Shown: positions 1 through 8,654 of the stretch, piece by piece | How positions within the stretch are numbered: the stretch's first letter is position 1 | Layout of the letters: the number at the start of each line of letters is the position of its first letter | DNA from: a virus | Taxonomy: Duplodnaviria; Caudoviricetes | Virus record (IMG/VR): IMGVR_UViG_3300024245_000001 | Coordinates: 5,907-69,906 of that record | Length of the DNA stretch: 64,000 nucleotides | Direction: 5' to 3' (one strand) | Translations under genes and position numbers: made by a program | Notes under the pieces: model-generated | Database searches by the model: none | Told to the model about the DNA's origin: nothing | What the model saw: only the letters and a program-made list of their open reading frames with translations

Positions 1-332
1 GTGCCGGAGCCCGCCCATGACAGCGGCAACTTGCGCTGGGGATAGAGCGTTCCGACCAGAGGCTCCCCGAACATGAGCATATCGAGCACCAACTCGGGGG
101 CAAAACCCATGTCGGCGTCGATGAACAGGATATGCGAGGCATCAAGGGCATCATAGAAGATCGTCAACGCCATTGAACGCAATTCGGCGATGTCGGGGAA
201 TGACAACGTGGAAACACCGCCACCGATGCCCTTGGCCGCCAGCGCCTGCTGCAGCGCATGCGTAGTCAAAAACGTGGTCGCCGTGATGTGCTGGCCGAAA
301 GCGGGAACGAAGATGAAGATTTTGTTTGCCAT
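1..332 (-). CDS. GT-A fold glycosyltransferase, 5' part (runs off the left edge)
   Basis: Translated by hand from ATG at 332: MANKIFIFVPAFG...SHILFIDADMGF...LVGTLYPQRK. Contains a DxD (DAD) motif after a hydrophobic strand. Not in the supplied ORF track because it is truncated. Confidence 0.7.
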   Translation of the reverse strand, partial: MANKIFIFVPAFGQHITATTFLTTHALQQALAAKGIGGGVSTLSFPDIAELRSMALTIFYDALDASHILFIDADMGFAPELVLDMLMFGEPLVGTLYPQRKLPLSWAGSG

Positions 333-340
333 GAAGTCTC

Positions 341-1234
341 TCAGTTGACGGTCCAGAGGTTGTGTTCGGCGCCGCGGCGAATGGCGGCGTTGGCTTCATC
401 GGTCTTGCCGAGGAACGATTCGTGGTCGGTCATCACCAGGTTCATTTCTCGGGGGGCGCACAGAAGATTGATGCTGGGGCCGATCTCCGGCCAGATATCG
501 CGGGTTTGACCGAAGGCGTTTGCCGGATTGAAATAGTTGTGGAACGACCACCACGCGACGTAGCCGGAGGCATCGAGGAAGTCCGCCAAGGATTCCTCCC
601 GCTCGCGGCCTTCGAGATAGATCAGGGGCCGGCATCGCCGGATCGTATCCTTGGCACCGGCGAGAACGGCCTCCTCCATCCCCTCCACATCGATCTTGAT
701 GAGGTCGCAGCGGTCAAGATCAAGGGCGTCAATGGTGACGACGCGCACCGTCTTGGTCTTGTGGCTGTACTCCGTCACATGGGGCCATGTCTCGGTTCCT
801 TCCCGCACTAGCGACGCGGCCCCGCGATTGGCCACCACGCCCGCCGCCGGGAACGGCGGACAAGGCGCAAACCCCACATGGTCGCTCAACGCCGCCTGCC
901 GGCAACTGACGTTCGAACATCCATTGATGGCCACGTTTCCGGCGAGCATGTGAAACGTCTCTGGAAACGGCTCGAACGCATGGACCTCGCCATCCGTCCC
1001 GACGAACTCGGAAAACGCCACCGTATGCGTTCCGATATTGGCCCCCGCATCAATCACCACATCGCCGGGATGAATGAAGGAACGCAAAAACTCGATCTCG
1101 GTATCGCACCATTCCCCATAGAAATGCAGGGACCGGCCGATGAAAGTGTCCTCAATGTCATACATGAACACGCCGCGCTTGCAGCGTTTGATCCTCATGT
1201 GCTTGTTGACGAGGCCGAAGTTCTTTATTTCCAT
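341..1234 (-). CDS. FkbM-family SAM-dependent methyltransferase
   Basis: VIDAGANIGTH, VHAFEP and IKIDVEGME motifs are typical of FkbM. Confidence 0.9.
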   Translation of the reverse strand: MEIKNFGLVNKHMRIKRCKRGVFMYDIEDTFIGRSLHFYGEWCDTEIEFLRSFIHPGDVVIDAGANIGTHTVAFSEFVGTDGEVHAFEPFPETFHMLAGNVAINGCSNVSCRQAALSDHVGFAPCPPFPAAGVVANRGAASLVREGTETWPHVTEYSHKTKTVRVVTIDALDLDRCDLIKIDVEGMEEAVLAGAKDTIRRCRPLIYLEGREREESLADFLDASGYVAWWSFHNYFNPANAFGQTRDIWPEIGPSINLLCAPREMNLVMTDHESFLGKTDEANAAIRRGAEHNLWTVN

Positions 1235-1928
1235 CTTGCGGCGCCAGCAATTCCCGATTGGCGCCGATCGACTCGATGATGGCGCGGTTCAAAAGCGCAA
1301 AGTAGTGCGGAACTTTCGCGGTGTTGCAGAATTCAAAATCTTGCGGGCATTGGTGATGCTTGACGATGATCCGGTCTTCCCAGGGGTAATAGGTGTTCCA
1401 GAACAGCGGCCCCTTGCGCAGAAGCTTTTCGAGTCGGTCGCCGTCGTCGGTCATCTTCATCAATTCTACCAAGGGATACTTGGCGACGAAGGCGAGTTCC
1501 TTTTCCGAACGCCACACGACATAGCGGTGATGATGGAAGCCTCGATACTCCGGTCCGCCGCCATCGACCCCCTTGGTCAACTCGGCGAGAGGTGACGGCG
1601 TCTCCACATAGCCGGCCCTGGCGACGCGGGACATTTCCGCGCACAGCAGGAACGGATTGAACAGGTCTTCCAGCGTATGCCGGCACACCACAAAGTCGAA
1701 AGCCTTGTCCGCAAACGGCAAGGGCTCGTTGGCGACATCGACCTTGACGAGCTTGTCGGGATCGACGCCTTTGATATCAATCAGGTCGACATAGACATCG
1801 GCGCGCGGGAATGGGCGGATCCCGGGGCCGATTTCGAGAACCTTCCATCCCGGCTGGATGACATTGCCGAGCCATGTGCCGACCTCGGGCAACGGGCCGT
1901 AGTGGCGAACGTCGGACGCGGTGAACAC
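1158..1928 (-). CDS. Class I SAM-dependent methyltransferase
   Basis: VLEIGPG motif I and PFADKAFDFVVCRHTLED. The 3' end overlaps the FkbM start. Confidence 0.8.
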   Translation of the reverse strand: MFTASDVRHYGPLPEVGTWLGNVIQPGWKVLEIGPGIRPFPRADVYVDLIDIKGVDPDKLVKVDVANEPLPFADKAFDFVVCRHTLEDLFNPFLLCAEMSRVARAGYVETPSPLAELTKGVDGGGPEYRGFHHHRYVVWRSEKELAFVAKYPLVELMKMTDDGDRLEKLLRKGPLFWNTYYPWEDRIIVKHHQCPQDFEFCNTAKVPHYFALLNRAIIESIGANRELLAPQDGNKELRPRQQAHEDQTLQARRVHV

Positions 1929-3077
1929 TTAGAGAAATTCGAGATGTGCGGGCGCTTTTTCACTGGGGAACGACGCCTCGCCACGGCTGTACTTGTAGAG
2001 CCACGAATTGGTCTGCGTCTGAAGACAGTTCGGCCCGCAGCGCTCCTGGGGATTGAATTCGTCACTCGCGAGATATTGCACGACCTCCCAGTACCGATCC
2101 GACCGCCAGATGTCCTTGAAGCGTTCCTGCGTGATGTTTCCACAATGAAATGCCTTGTACCTTTCATTGAACAGGAATCCGCATGGAGCAATCAAACCGG
2201 AGCCGCTCATCTGCAATTGGAACGGAGGCCCCATGCACTTCTTGTAATCTCGCTTACCCTCATCGGCGAGTCGCGCCCACTTGACCACAACGCGGAAAGT
2301 CTCGTCGCTGTAGGACTCGGCTTCAAGGAATGTGTCCGTGAGCGCATCGTATTTGGAGTAGTCGACGCCGAGCCTGCCGAGGATGTCATCAGCCGTATGT
2401 TTGAAAATCAAATAATGGGGGCGCAGTTCCTTAGCTAGTTTCGCAAGCGGGATGATCTGGTCGTGAAATTCAGGCATCGTGACCATCTGTAAATTAACAC
2501 TGACCTGCAGATTATCACGACGAACGATGTCCATGGCGTCGCGAACATTCTGGACTACCTGATCATAGTCTCGACCCTTGAGACCCATGATCTCGCTGTA
2601 ACGCTTGCGCTCACCGGCCGAAAAGTTGAAGCGTAAATACGAAATGTGAGGAAGGATGCGTTCGAGCAGCGCTCGCTTCAACCGGACGCCGTTCGTTCCG
2701 ATACCGATCTTGATGCCGAGTTTGGCAGCATGCTCGATGGAATCGACGTACCACGGCACAACTGTCGACTCGCCATCGCTGATGAGACTGATGCCGCGCA
2801 CGCCGATCTCGGCAGCATCATCAAGAAAATCGAACGCGTGTTTCTTTGTGATGTGTCCACCCTCGTTTGCCTGGAGGGTCGCATAACAAAAAACGCAGCT
2901 CGCATTGCATTGCCGCGTCCAAGCGACATCCATCGTGACCGGCGCAATACGCTCACCACGAGACCACGCCTCCACTCGATCGCGCCACCACCCAATCTTG
3001 CTGCCATCAAGCACGAGATCGTGAACCGCCGACCCGGTGACGACATGATTGATGAGCTCGGGAAGGGGAGAGGTCAT
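1929..3077 (-). CDS. Radical SAM protein with SPASM/twitch-type C-terminal domain
   Basis: CxxxCxxC (CNASCVFC). C-terminal Cys pattern KKCMG...IAPCG...GNI...CGPNC. Confidence 0.9.
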   Translation of the reverse strand: MTSPLPELINHVVTGSAVHDLVLDGSKIGWWRDRVEAWSRGERIAPVTMDVAWTRQCNASCVFCYATLQANEGGHITKKHAFDFLDDAAEIGVRGISLISDGESTVVPWYVDSIEHAAKLGIKIGIGTNGVRLKRALLERILPHISYLRFNFSAGERKRYSEIMGLKGRDYDQVVQNVRDAMDIVRRDNLQVSVNLQMVTMPEFHDQIIPLAKLAKELRPHYLIFKHTADDILGRLGVDYSKYDALTDTFLEAESYSDETFRVVVKWARLADEGKRDYKKCMGPPFQLQMSGSGLIAPCGFLFNERYKAFHCGNITQERFKDIWRSDRYWEVVQYLASDEFNPQERCGPNCLQTQTNSWLYKYSRGEASFPSEKAPAHLEFL

Positions 3078-3274
3078 AGCTTCGCCCTCTGTTCCGCCGT
3101 CATCGATCGCCGCAACTTGGAATCATCGGCCATGGTTTCCTTGAACACCTCGCAGGGAGCCGCCGTGATCTCACGCAGGCTTTTCTCGAATGCCAGGAGT
3201 GCGCGGCCTTGGGCATCGGCGGGAATGCCGGAGCCGAACTTGACGAGGACGTGATAGCGGGGAAGGTCGATCAA
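3074..3274 (-). CDS. Hypothetical protein, 66 aa
   Basis: 4-bp overlaps with both neighbours in the operon. Confidence 0.6.
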   Translation of the reverse strand: MIDLPRYHVLVKFGSGIPADAQGRALLAFEKSLREITAAPCEVFKETMADDSKLRRSMTAEQRAKL

Positions 3275-3501
3275 TTTAACGGGCTCATATTTTTGAGTTT
3301 ATGGACGGCCATCGTTTTTCGAATCTGATCGCTGACAAAATCGATCATCATCTCTTGAGACGATTCGCTCTCGTAATAAGAGGCGATCATGGTGGCGAGG
3401 ACGGTCAACGCGACGCGAACGGACATATTCGGCCCAACCGTCTCATGCAGAGCGGTTGTTATGTCGTTAGACATATTTAGCACGCGCTGCGCTTCGGTCA
3501 T
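3271..3501 (-). CDS. Hypothetical protein, 76 aa
   Basis: ATGA-type overlaps on both sides. Confidence 0.5.
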   Translation of the reverse strand: MTEAQRVLNMSNDITTALHETVGPNMSVRVALTVLATMIASYYESESSQEMMIDFVSDQIRKTMAVHKLKNMSPLN

Positions 3502-4037
3502 GCGGCACGCTGATCCCCATACAGTTCCGTCCGCTCTACCAGGATGGTCGAGCAGTCATCCACCAGCGCCCGCCGATAGGCCGGCATGATCGATTCCGCC
3601 TCCGGCAACTGGATCACCTTGATGGTCCGCAGCATCTTGTGGAACGCTTTGGAGAAGTCGTCGTCGTGCTGCGGCCCTGGATAGAACGGCTTCGTTGCGG
3701 GGGTTGCCACGCGAATGATGACCTTTGGCCGATAGCCGCCCGCCGAGTACAGCGGAAGGCGATCGAGATGATTGACCAACTGATTCGCAGCACACAGCAT
3801 AAAATTCCAGCGCGGAAACACGCAGACCGGTAGCATTCCGTCAATTGCCATGCCGGTGGCGATTCCCATCTGCATGTCCTCGGCGACGGGCATTTCGAGG
3901 AGTTGGTCGCGTGGCACATCACGGAACGTCGGGCTCATGGTCGTGCCGGGATTGGCGACACCTTGACCGAGGAAGATCGCGCGGCGCTCTTTCGCCAGAG
4001 TCGCCATGGCGAAGCAAAGTTCGGAGAAGTAGTTCAT
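3498..4037 (-). CDS. ThDP-dependent enzyme, E1-beta/transketolase pyrimidine-binding domain only
   Basis: LLEMPVAEDMQMGIATGMAIDG.LPV matches the E1-beta Pyr domain. Only 179 aa. Confidence 0.85.
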   Translation of the reverse strand: MNYFSELCFAMATLAKERRAIFLGQGVANPGTTMSPTFRDVPRDQLLEMPVAEDMQMGIATGMAIDGMLPVCVFPRWNFMLCAANQLVNHLDRLPLYSAGGYRPKVIIRVATPATKPFYPGPQHDDDFSKAFHKMLRTIKVIQLPEAESIMPAYRRALVDDCSTILVERTELYGDQRAA

Positions 4038-4622
4038 TCAGAACCGCACGTACTTCCCAACGCCCACATGAGGCCGCGTCAGCCCGTAATAATACCGCGT
4101 CTCGTCAGGAACGCGCCGCGCCGTTCCCCACACTTCGTCGGTTCGCGTACAGACCGACACACCATTGTCCTCGATCACGAACGACACAGGCAGATCATGC
4201 CCGGTGCAGTATTTGACGCATTCGTGATAGATGCCCGTGGTTGCCGTCATGTCGCCGACGAAACAGTGGACTCGCTCAGGCCCGTTGCGCCGCTTGATGG
4301 ACATTCCTAAGCCGGTTGCAATCGGGCATGTTCCGCCAACGATGGCAGAGGACAAGATGCGATACCGTGGAAAGCATAGCGCAATCGAGCGCCCGTCGAG
4401 AATCGCTTGCTTGACCTCTTGGGGCAACACTCCGGCCAGCAGCGCGTGGTAATGGCTCCTCCATTGACTTAGAACCCAGTCGCCCGGGCGCACTTGTTTC
4501 CTGAAATACTCGATCAGCCACGACTCGTTCCCCCCTGCGAGATGGACCGGAGATGCGATCTTGCCGGCCGCGAACTCGGCGGCGATGTCGGCTTCGAAGG
4601 CGAGAAGATCATCGGCGGTCAC
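4038..4622 (-). CDS. ThDP-dependent enzyme, minimal E1-alpha-like subunit
   Basis: HLAGGNE, WRSHYHAL, SSAIVGG, and a ThDP-binding motif variant FVGD...FVIEDNG. Confidence 0.85.
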   Translation of the reverse strand: MTADDLLAFEADIAAEFAAGKIASPVHLAGGNESWLIEYFRKQVRPGDWVLSQWRSHYHALLAGVLPQEVKQAILDGRSIALCFPRYRILSSAIVGGTCPIATGLGMSIKRRNGPERVHCFVGDMTATTGIYHECVKYCTGHDLPVSFVIEDNGVSVCTRTDEVWGTARRVPDETRYYYGLTRPHVGVGKYVRF

Positions 4623-5144
4623 TCAATCCACCAGTCGGTCAAGGATCGCGTGCAGGATGGCGAGATGCGCGGTCTCGACCACGCCATAGCTCTGCGATGG
4701 GACATAAAAGTTGATGTCGCCCATGGAACGCAGCATGTTGTCTGGGGCAAAGCCAGTGAGGGTCACCACAGTTGCCGTGCCCTTCGCCATCAGCGCCGGC
4801 ACGATGATGCTCTGCGAGTTTCCCGAGCTGGAAATGGCAAACACCATGTCCCCATCGCGGCAATGGGCGCGCAATTGGTTGTTGAAGACGTGGTGATAGC
4901 CGTAGTCGTTTCCGAGGCAGGTTAGAGCGGCCCCATCATTGAAGGCCATGGCGGCGAATTTACCCTTATTCAGCCAATCGATCGACATGTGCGAGGCGAT
5001 GGCCGCCGAGCCGCCGTTGCCGATGAAGAACACGCGACCATTCCTGGCGCGAACAACTTTCGCGACCTCAATAGTCGGCTCAAACCCCGAAAGATCGGAG
5101 TCTAAAACGGCGCAATCGAACTCACGTAACCACGTAAACTTCAC
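4623..5144 (-). CDS. gmhA: SIS-domain sugar-phosphate isomerase (GmhA-like)
   Basis: FFIGNGGSAAIASH, AISSSGNS, YGVVETAH. Confidence 0.85.
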   Translation of the reverse strand: MKFTWLREFDCAVLDSDLSGFEPTIEVAKVVRARNGRVFFIGNGGSAAIASHMSIDWLNKGKFAAMAFNDGAALTCLGNDYGYHHVFNNQLRAHCRDGDMVFAISSSGNSQSIIVPALMAKGTATVVTLTGFAPDNMLRSMGDINFYVPSQSYGVVETAHLAILHAILDRLVD

Positions 5145-6523
5145 GCCAGCAACGCCCCGATCGTCTGTGTCAGTTCTGCCCGTTGCACATGCCGGCGGTG
5201 CCCCACGATCGACGCCTTGATGGCGCCTGCGACGTTGCCGGCGAAAGCCGCCATTTCGAGGTCAAGGCCAGCGGCAACCAAAGGAGCGGCCGTTGCAAGG
5301 AATGCGTCCCCGCACCCCATGGTGTCGACGCCATGGATCGCGAAGGCAGGAACATCGGAGAACCGCTCGGAGTCGTCCGCACAATAGGCGAGGCTGCCAT
5401 GACGGCCGTGGGTGACGACGAACCGATGCGACTTGATGCGGCAGGAGAGATGCCACACCACCGCCCTGATATCGGCATCCTGCATGCCGGCGGCGAGTCG
5501 CGCCTCCGGATCATCGACACAGACGAGATCGGCTTTCTTGTATGCCGTCACCGGATTGAACCCGCAGTTTCCGGCATTGGTCTGCGCATTGACGGCGAGG
5601 AACTTGGCAGTTTCAACGACATGGCGCTCGCGCGAGTCCATCAGCCCATGCCCGAAGTCCATCACCACGACCACGTCATTGTCACGCACCGCCTCGATCA
5701 GCTTGCATTGGAAGCGATCGCGCTCGGATGGATGCAACTCGATCTTGCGGGTGTTGTAGACCTCGAACAGTTTCTTGGTGAAGTCGCCATCGACATAGCG
5801 GGTCTTTACGACCGGGGAGTCTGCACTGACAACGGTCGTGAGAGGCCATTCGGCGTGTTGTGCCGCCGCCGCAATTCCTCCCAGGAAATCCTCTCGATGG
5901 TGCTCGACCGTGGCCAGGATGAATTCCTTGGATGGCTTTCCAAGAGCGTGGACATATCGGTATTCGTCGACGATCGTCTCTCCCACGAACGCGATACGCA
6001 ATCGATCAGCGCGCTCAAAAGCATCAACAATATGCTGATGAAAGCCGCGAGATACAGCGTCCCGAAGATAAGCAGATACGGAATCAGGAAAGCGATCTGC
6101 ATTGATCAGCCTCGACGAGGAGAACTTTTCCGAGCGCGTGATGTGGAGCCGACCGCCGTGGCGAGTTGCGGCCAAGGTCTCGCGGGCAAGCGCTTCATCA
6201 TTCGATTCGGCGTAGTCGATGCCCTTGACGTAGACCGCAGGCTTGATCCGATCGATGACATCTACCGCGTCGGCCGAGTCCGACACGAAGGCGTCATCGA
6301 CGCAATCAAGCGCCTTCAACGCTTCGATGCGATGATCTGCGGTGTGGATCGGGCGGCCCAGCCCCTTGCCCACATGAGCATCGGCCGTGACGGAGACGAC
6401 GAGCCGATCGCCTTGCGCTTTAGCCTCCTGCAGATGGCGGATGTGCCCGAGATGGAGGACATCGAAGCATCCATGGGCGAGGACGAGCTTTTCCGTGGGG
6501 ACGACGCGGAGATTACCGTGCAT
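5141..6523 (-). CDS. Bifunctional nucleotidyltransferase + PfkB-type sugar kinase (HldE/RfaE-like, NT domain first)
   Basis: N-terminal HGCFDVLHLGHIRHL and YVKGIDY. C-terminal AFVGETIVDEY and DTMGCGDAF (PfkB signature). Confidence 0.85.
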   Translation of the reverse strand: MHGNLRVVPTEKLVLAHGCFDVLHLGHIRHLQEAKAQGDRLVVSVTADAHVGKGLGRPIHTADHRIEALKALDCVDDAFVSDSADAVDVIDRIKPAVYVKGIDYAESNDEALARETLAATRHGGRLHITRSEKFSSSRLINADRFPDSVSAYLRDAVSRGFHQHIVDAFERADRLRIAFVGETIVDEYRYVHALGKPSKEFILATVEHHREDFLGGIAAAAQHAEWPLTTVVSADSPVVKTRYVDGDFTKKLFEVYNTRKIELHPSERDRFQCKLIEAVRDNDVVVVMDFGHGLMDSRERHVVETAKFLAVNAQTNAGNCGFNPVTAYKKADLVCVDDPEARLAAGMQDADIRAVVWHLSCRIKSHRFVVTHGRHGSLAYCADDSERFSDVPAFAIHGVDTMGCGDAFLATAAPLVAAGLDLEMAAFAGNVAGAIKASIVGHRRHVQRAELTQTIGALLA

Positions 6524-6714
6524 TACATGTTACCCCACAACTCAACCTTCATCCCCTTTTCTGGAAAAGGGAACACGCGGCCAATTTCATCAAACCACAT
6601 AGGAATTCCAAAGATTTTTTTCTTTCTCATAAGAGACATATCTTCAAACCGGACCATAGCAAGAGTGTACGACACACCACCCACTGTGCAGTAGGCCCTC
6701 ATTACGCCACCCAC
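6523..6714 (-). CDS. Small hypothetical protein, AT-richer than flanks
   Basis: Fills the gap between two operon genes. Confidence 0.4.
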   Translation of the reverse strand: MGGVMRAYCTVGGVSYTLAMVRFEDMSLMRKKKIFGIPMWFDEIGRVFPFPEKGMKVELWGNM

Positions 6715-7676
6715 CGCTTGATCGCCGACTCGAACTTCGCCGGATACGCAGTCGGCAACCCCTGCGCCGTGGACGGCATCAACGCCTGTCGAAACCGCGC
6801 CGCTTCCGATGGATCCATACCGTAGTCATCCAGCAAGTGCGGGATCATCGCAATGGCTTTGTCCTTGACGCGCTGATAGCGCGCATCGTCGGTCGAGAGT
6901 TTCGACCACGCCTCGAGGTTCGGCGCATTGGCTCGCACGCTGTCATTGATCCAGCGGGAGCGGTACTCGATCAGCGGGGCACACGACTTGATGCGCTCCT
7001 TGTCTTTCTTCCCCGCAAAAAATTTCAAGTCATCCATGTCTAGGATGTCAAATGCCTGCTTGCGCAGCATCAAATACGCCGCATCGAACCACGTCGCCCA
7101 CCAGCCCGGCTCCCGCAATTCCTGCGTCTTGCCGACATGGCTCTGATCCGTTCTCACATCGGCGAAGGAAATGCGATCGATCAATCGGGCGAGGTTGTCG
7201 GTCCAGTGGTCGCAGAACCAGTAGGGGAAGTATTCGGGGAAGATTTTGTTCCCCATAGCCTTGACCAGCCCAGCAGTGGGTGCAACCACTCCGGAGAAAG
7301 ATGCGTTGGCCATGTGGCCGTACACCATACCGATCCCGTCCGGGAAACGAGCTGCAGCCTCCAGAAGCCGAGTGTCGTATCCTGGGGTGATGTAGGGATC
7401 GTCATCGGCAGCCACCAAGTAGAGATCAGCGGGGATTTCCGTAGCACGGTTCCACTTAGCCGCAATGGTGTCCTCGCGCGGCCTCACAGACACAAAAACG
7501 CGATGATCGGTCTGCGATGAGTAAAAGGTGGCGGCGTCAATTGATCCTTGATCGTCGGCGTCGCACATGACCCACATTTCGGTGTCAGGATGCGTCCAAT
7601 TCGCCACTGATCTCCGAATCGTATCGAGCAACTGAGTCGGACGCCCACGGGTCGCCAACGAAATAACAAGCCTCAT
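6702..7676 (-). CDS. Putative GT2/GT-A glycosyltransferase
   Basis: N-terminal ISLATRGRP..LL..I strand, AKWN, LVAADDD acidic motif, and PEYFPYWFCDHW resembling the GT2 catalytic region. Confidence 0.6.
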   Translation of the reverse strand: MRLVISLATRGRPTQLLDTIRRSVANWTHPDTEMWVMCDADDQGSIDAATFYSSQTDHRVFVSVRPREDTIAAKWNRATEIPADLYLVAADDDPYITPGYDTRLLEAAARFPDGIGMVYGHMANASFSGVVAPTAGLVKAMGNKIFPEYFPYWFCDHWTDNLARLIDRISFADVRTDQSHVGKTQELREPGWWATWFDAAYLMLRKQAFDILDMDDLKFFAGKKDKERIKSCAPLIEYRSRWINDSVRANAPNLEAWSKLSTDDARYQRVKDKAIAMIPHLLDDYGMDPSEAARFRQALMPSTAQGLPTAYPAKFESAIKRWVA

Positions 7677-7718
7677 CTACACCGTCCTTAATGCGCGGTT
7701 TTGCCGGCCTTTGGTGGA

Positions 7719-8366
7719 TCACTCCCCAGGATTCGCCAGTTCATGCTTCGGCGCAGGGACGGCCGCCGCATTCCCCTGGTCATCGTAATAGAGCGCCCGA
7801 TCGATCTGCATGCGGATATCCCCGCCGGCTCCACGGTATTTGGACGAGGTCGAGAATCCCGGCGCGTTCTTGGTGACACCGGAGAGTTTCAGCGCTTCAT
7901 TCTGGTCGCTCAATTGCGCCTTGGCCTTGCGGATTTCCTCGACGCGAGCTTCTTGCGAGAGCGACATCGGCCGCTCCTCCAATTGGAGGCCATCAACAAT
8001 GATGGGGCCGGTCGTCCCTGGCATGGCATAGCGGCCGGGATAGCGGTCATGCGGCACCGGGCGCCAGCCATTGGCGAACATCTCCAGGGATTGCTGGGCG
8101 AGCACGTCCTTGTTGTTCAGGACGGAGATCGCATTCCATTGCAAGTCCCATCCGGGCTCGCGCATGTCGTCGGTGATGGCGAACCTGTCGCCGACGCCGG
8201 TTCGGGTGCGGGAGAGGATTTCCCCATTGCGGCCACGCACCACGGCGTCGGCTCGAGCCGGGTCACGGGCGGGCTCGCGCGTGGCATTGCGTGATCCTAG
8301 CGCACGCCCACGGGGGCGCTTCTCCATGGCGCCGGACTTGACTTCGTCGGTATGGTCGATGTTCAT
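7719..8366 (-). CDS. Conserved-type phage head-region hypothetical protein
   Basis: 215 aa, good codon usage, sits downstream of the scaffold-like gene. Confidence 0.65.
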   Translation of the reverse strand: MNIDHTDEVKSGAMEKRPRGRALGSRNATREPARDPARADAVVRGRNGEILSRTRTGVGDRFAITDDMREPGWDLQWNAISVLNNKDVLAQQSLEMFANGWRPVPHDRYPGRYAMPGTTGPIIVDGLQLEERPMSLSQEARVEEIRKAKAQLSDQNEALKLSGVTKNAPGFSTSSKYRGAGGDIRMQIDRALYYDDQGNAAAVPAPKHELANPGE

Positions 8367-8653
8367 GAGAGTTTCCTAGTGAAAAGGGCAATAAGCCACG
8401 CGATCCATCCCATCTTTGGCTTTTCTTCAATCGGAGGATTTTCTTCAATCGGAGGCTTTTCGGCAATTTTGCGGGCGACAACGGGATCGCCAATCACGGC
8501 TTGATTGACCGGACCGTTATGAGATCGTCCAGAGGGCTCAAATACTTGAGTCTGCACTCTCACATAGCCTGAGAGGCCACCGTTTCGAGCCATCCAGTCG
8601 GCGACGTTCTGATGTGCTTTATCAATGCGCTGCCGCTCCTCCTCCCGCGTCAT
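8363..8653 (-). CDS. Hypothetical protein, 96 aa
   Basis: Operonic spacing; short PPIEE duplication. Confidence 0.5.
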   Translation of the reverse strand: MTREEERQRIDKAHQNVADWMARNGGLSGYVRVQTQVFEPSGRSHNGPVNQAVIGDPVVARKIAEKPPIEENPPIEEKPKMGWIAWLIALFTRKLS

Positions 8654-8654
8654 G

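Noticed and set aside
1158-1234. Programmed frameshift fusing the two methyltransferases
   Set aside because: There is a 77-bp overlap but no clear slippery heptamer; an extended C-terminus is the simpler explanation.
3498-4622. Pyruvate dehydrogenase as an auxiliary metabolic gene
   Set aside because: The subunits are too short, E2 and E3 are absent, and the context is sugar biosynthesis.
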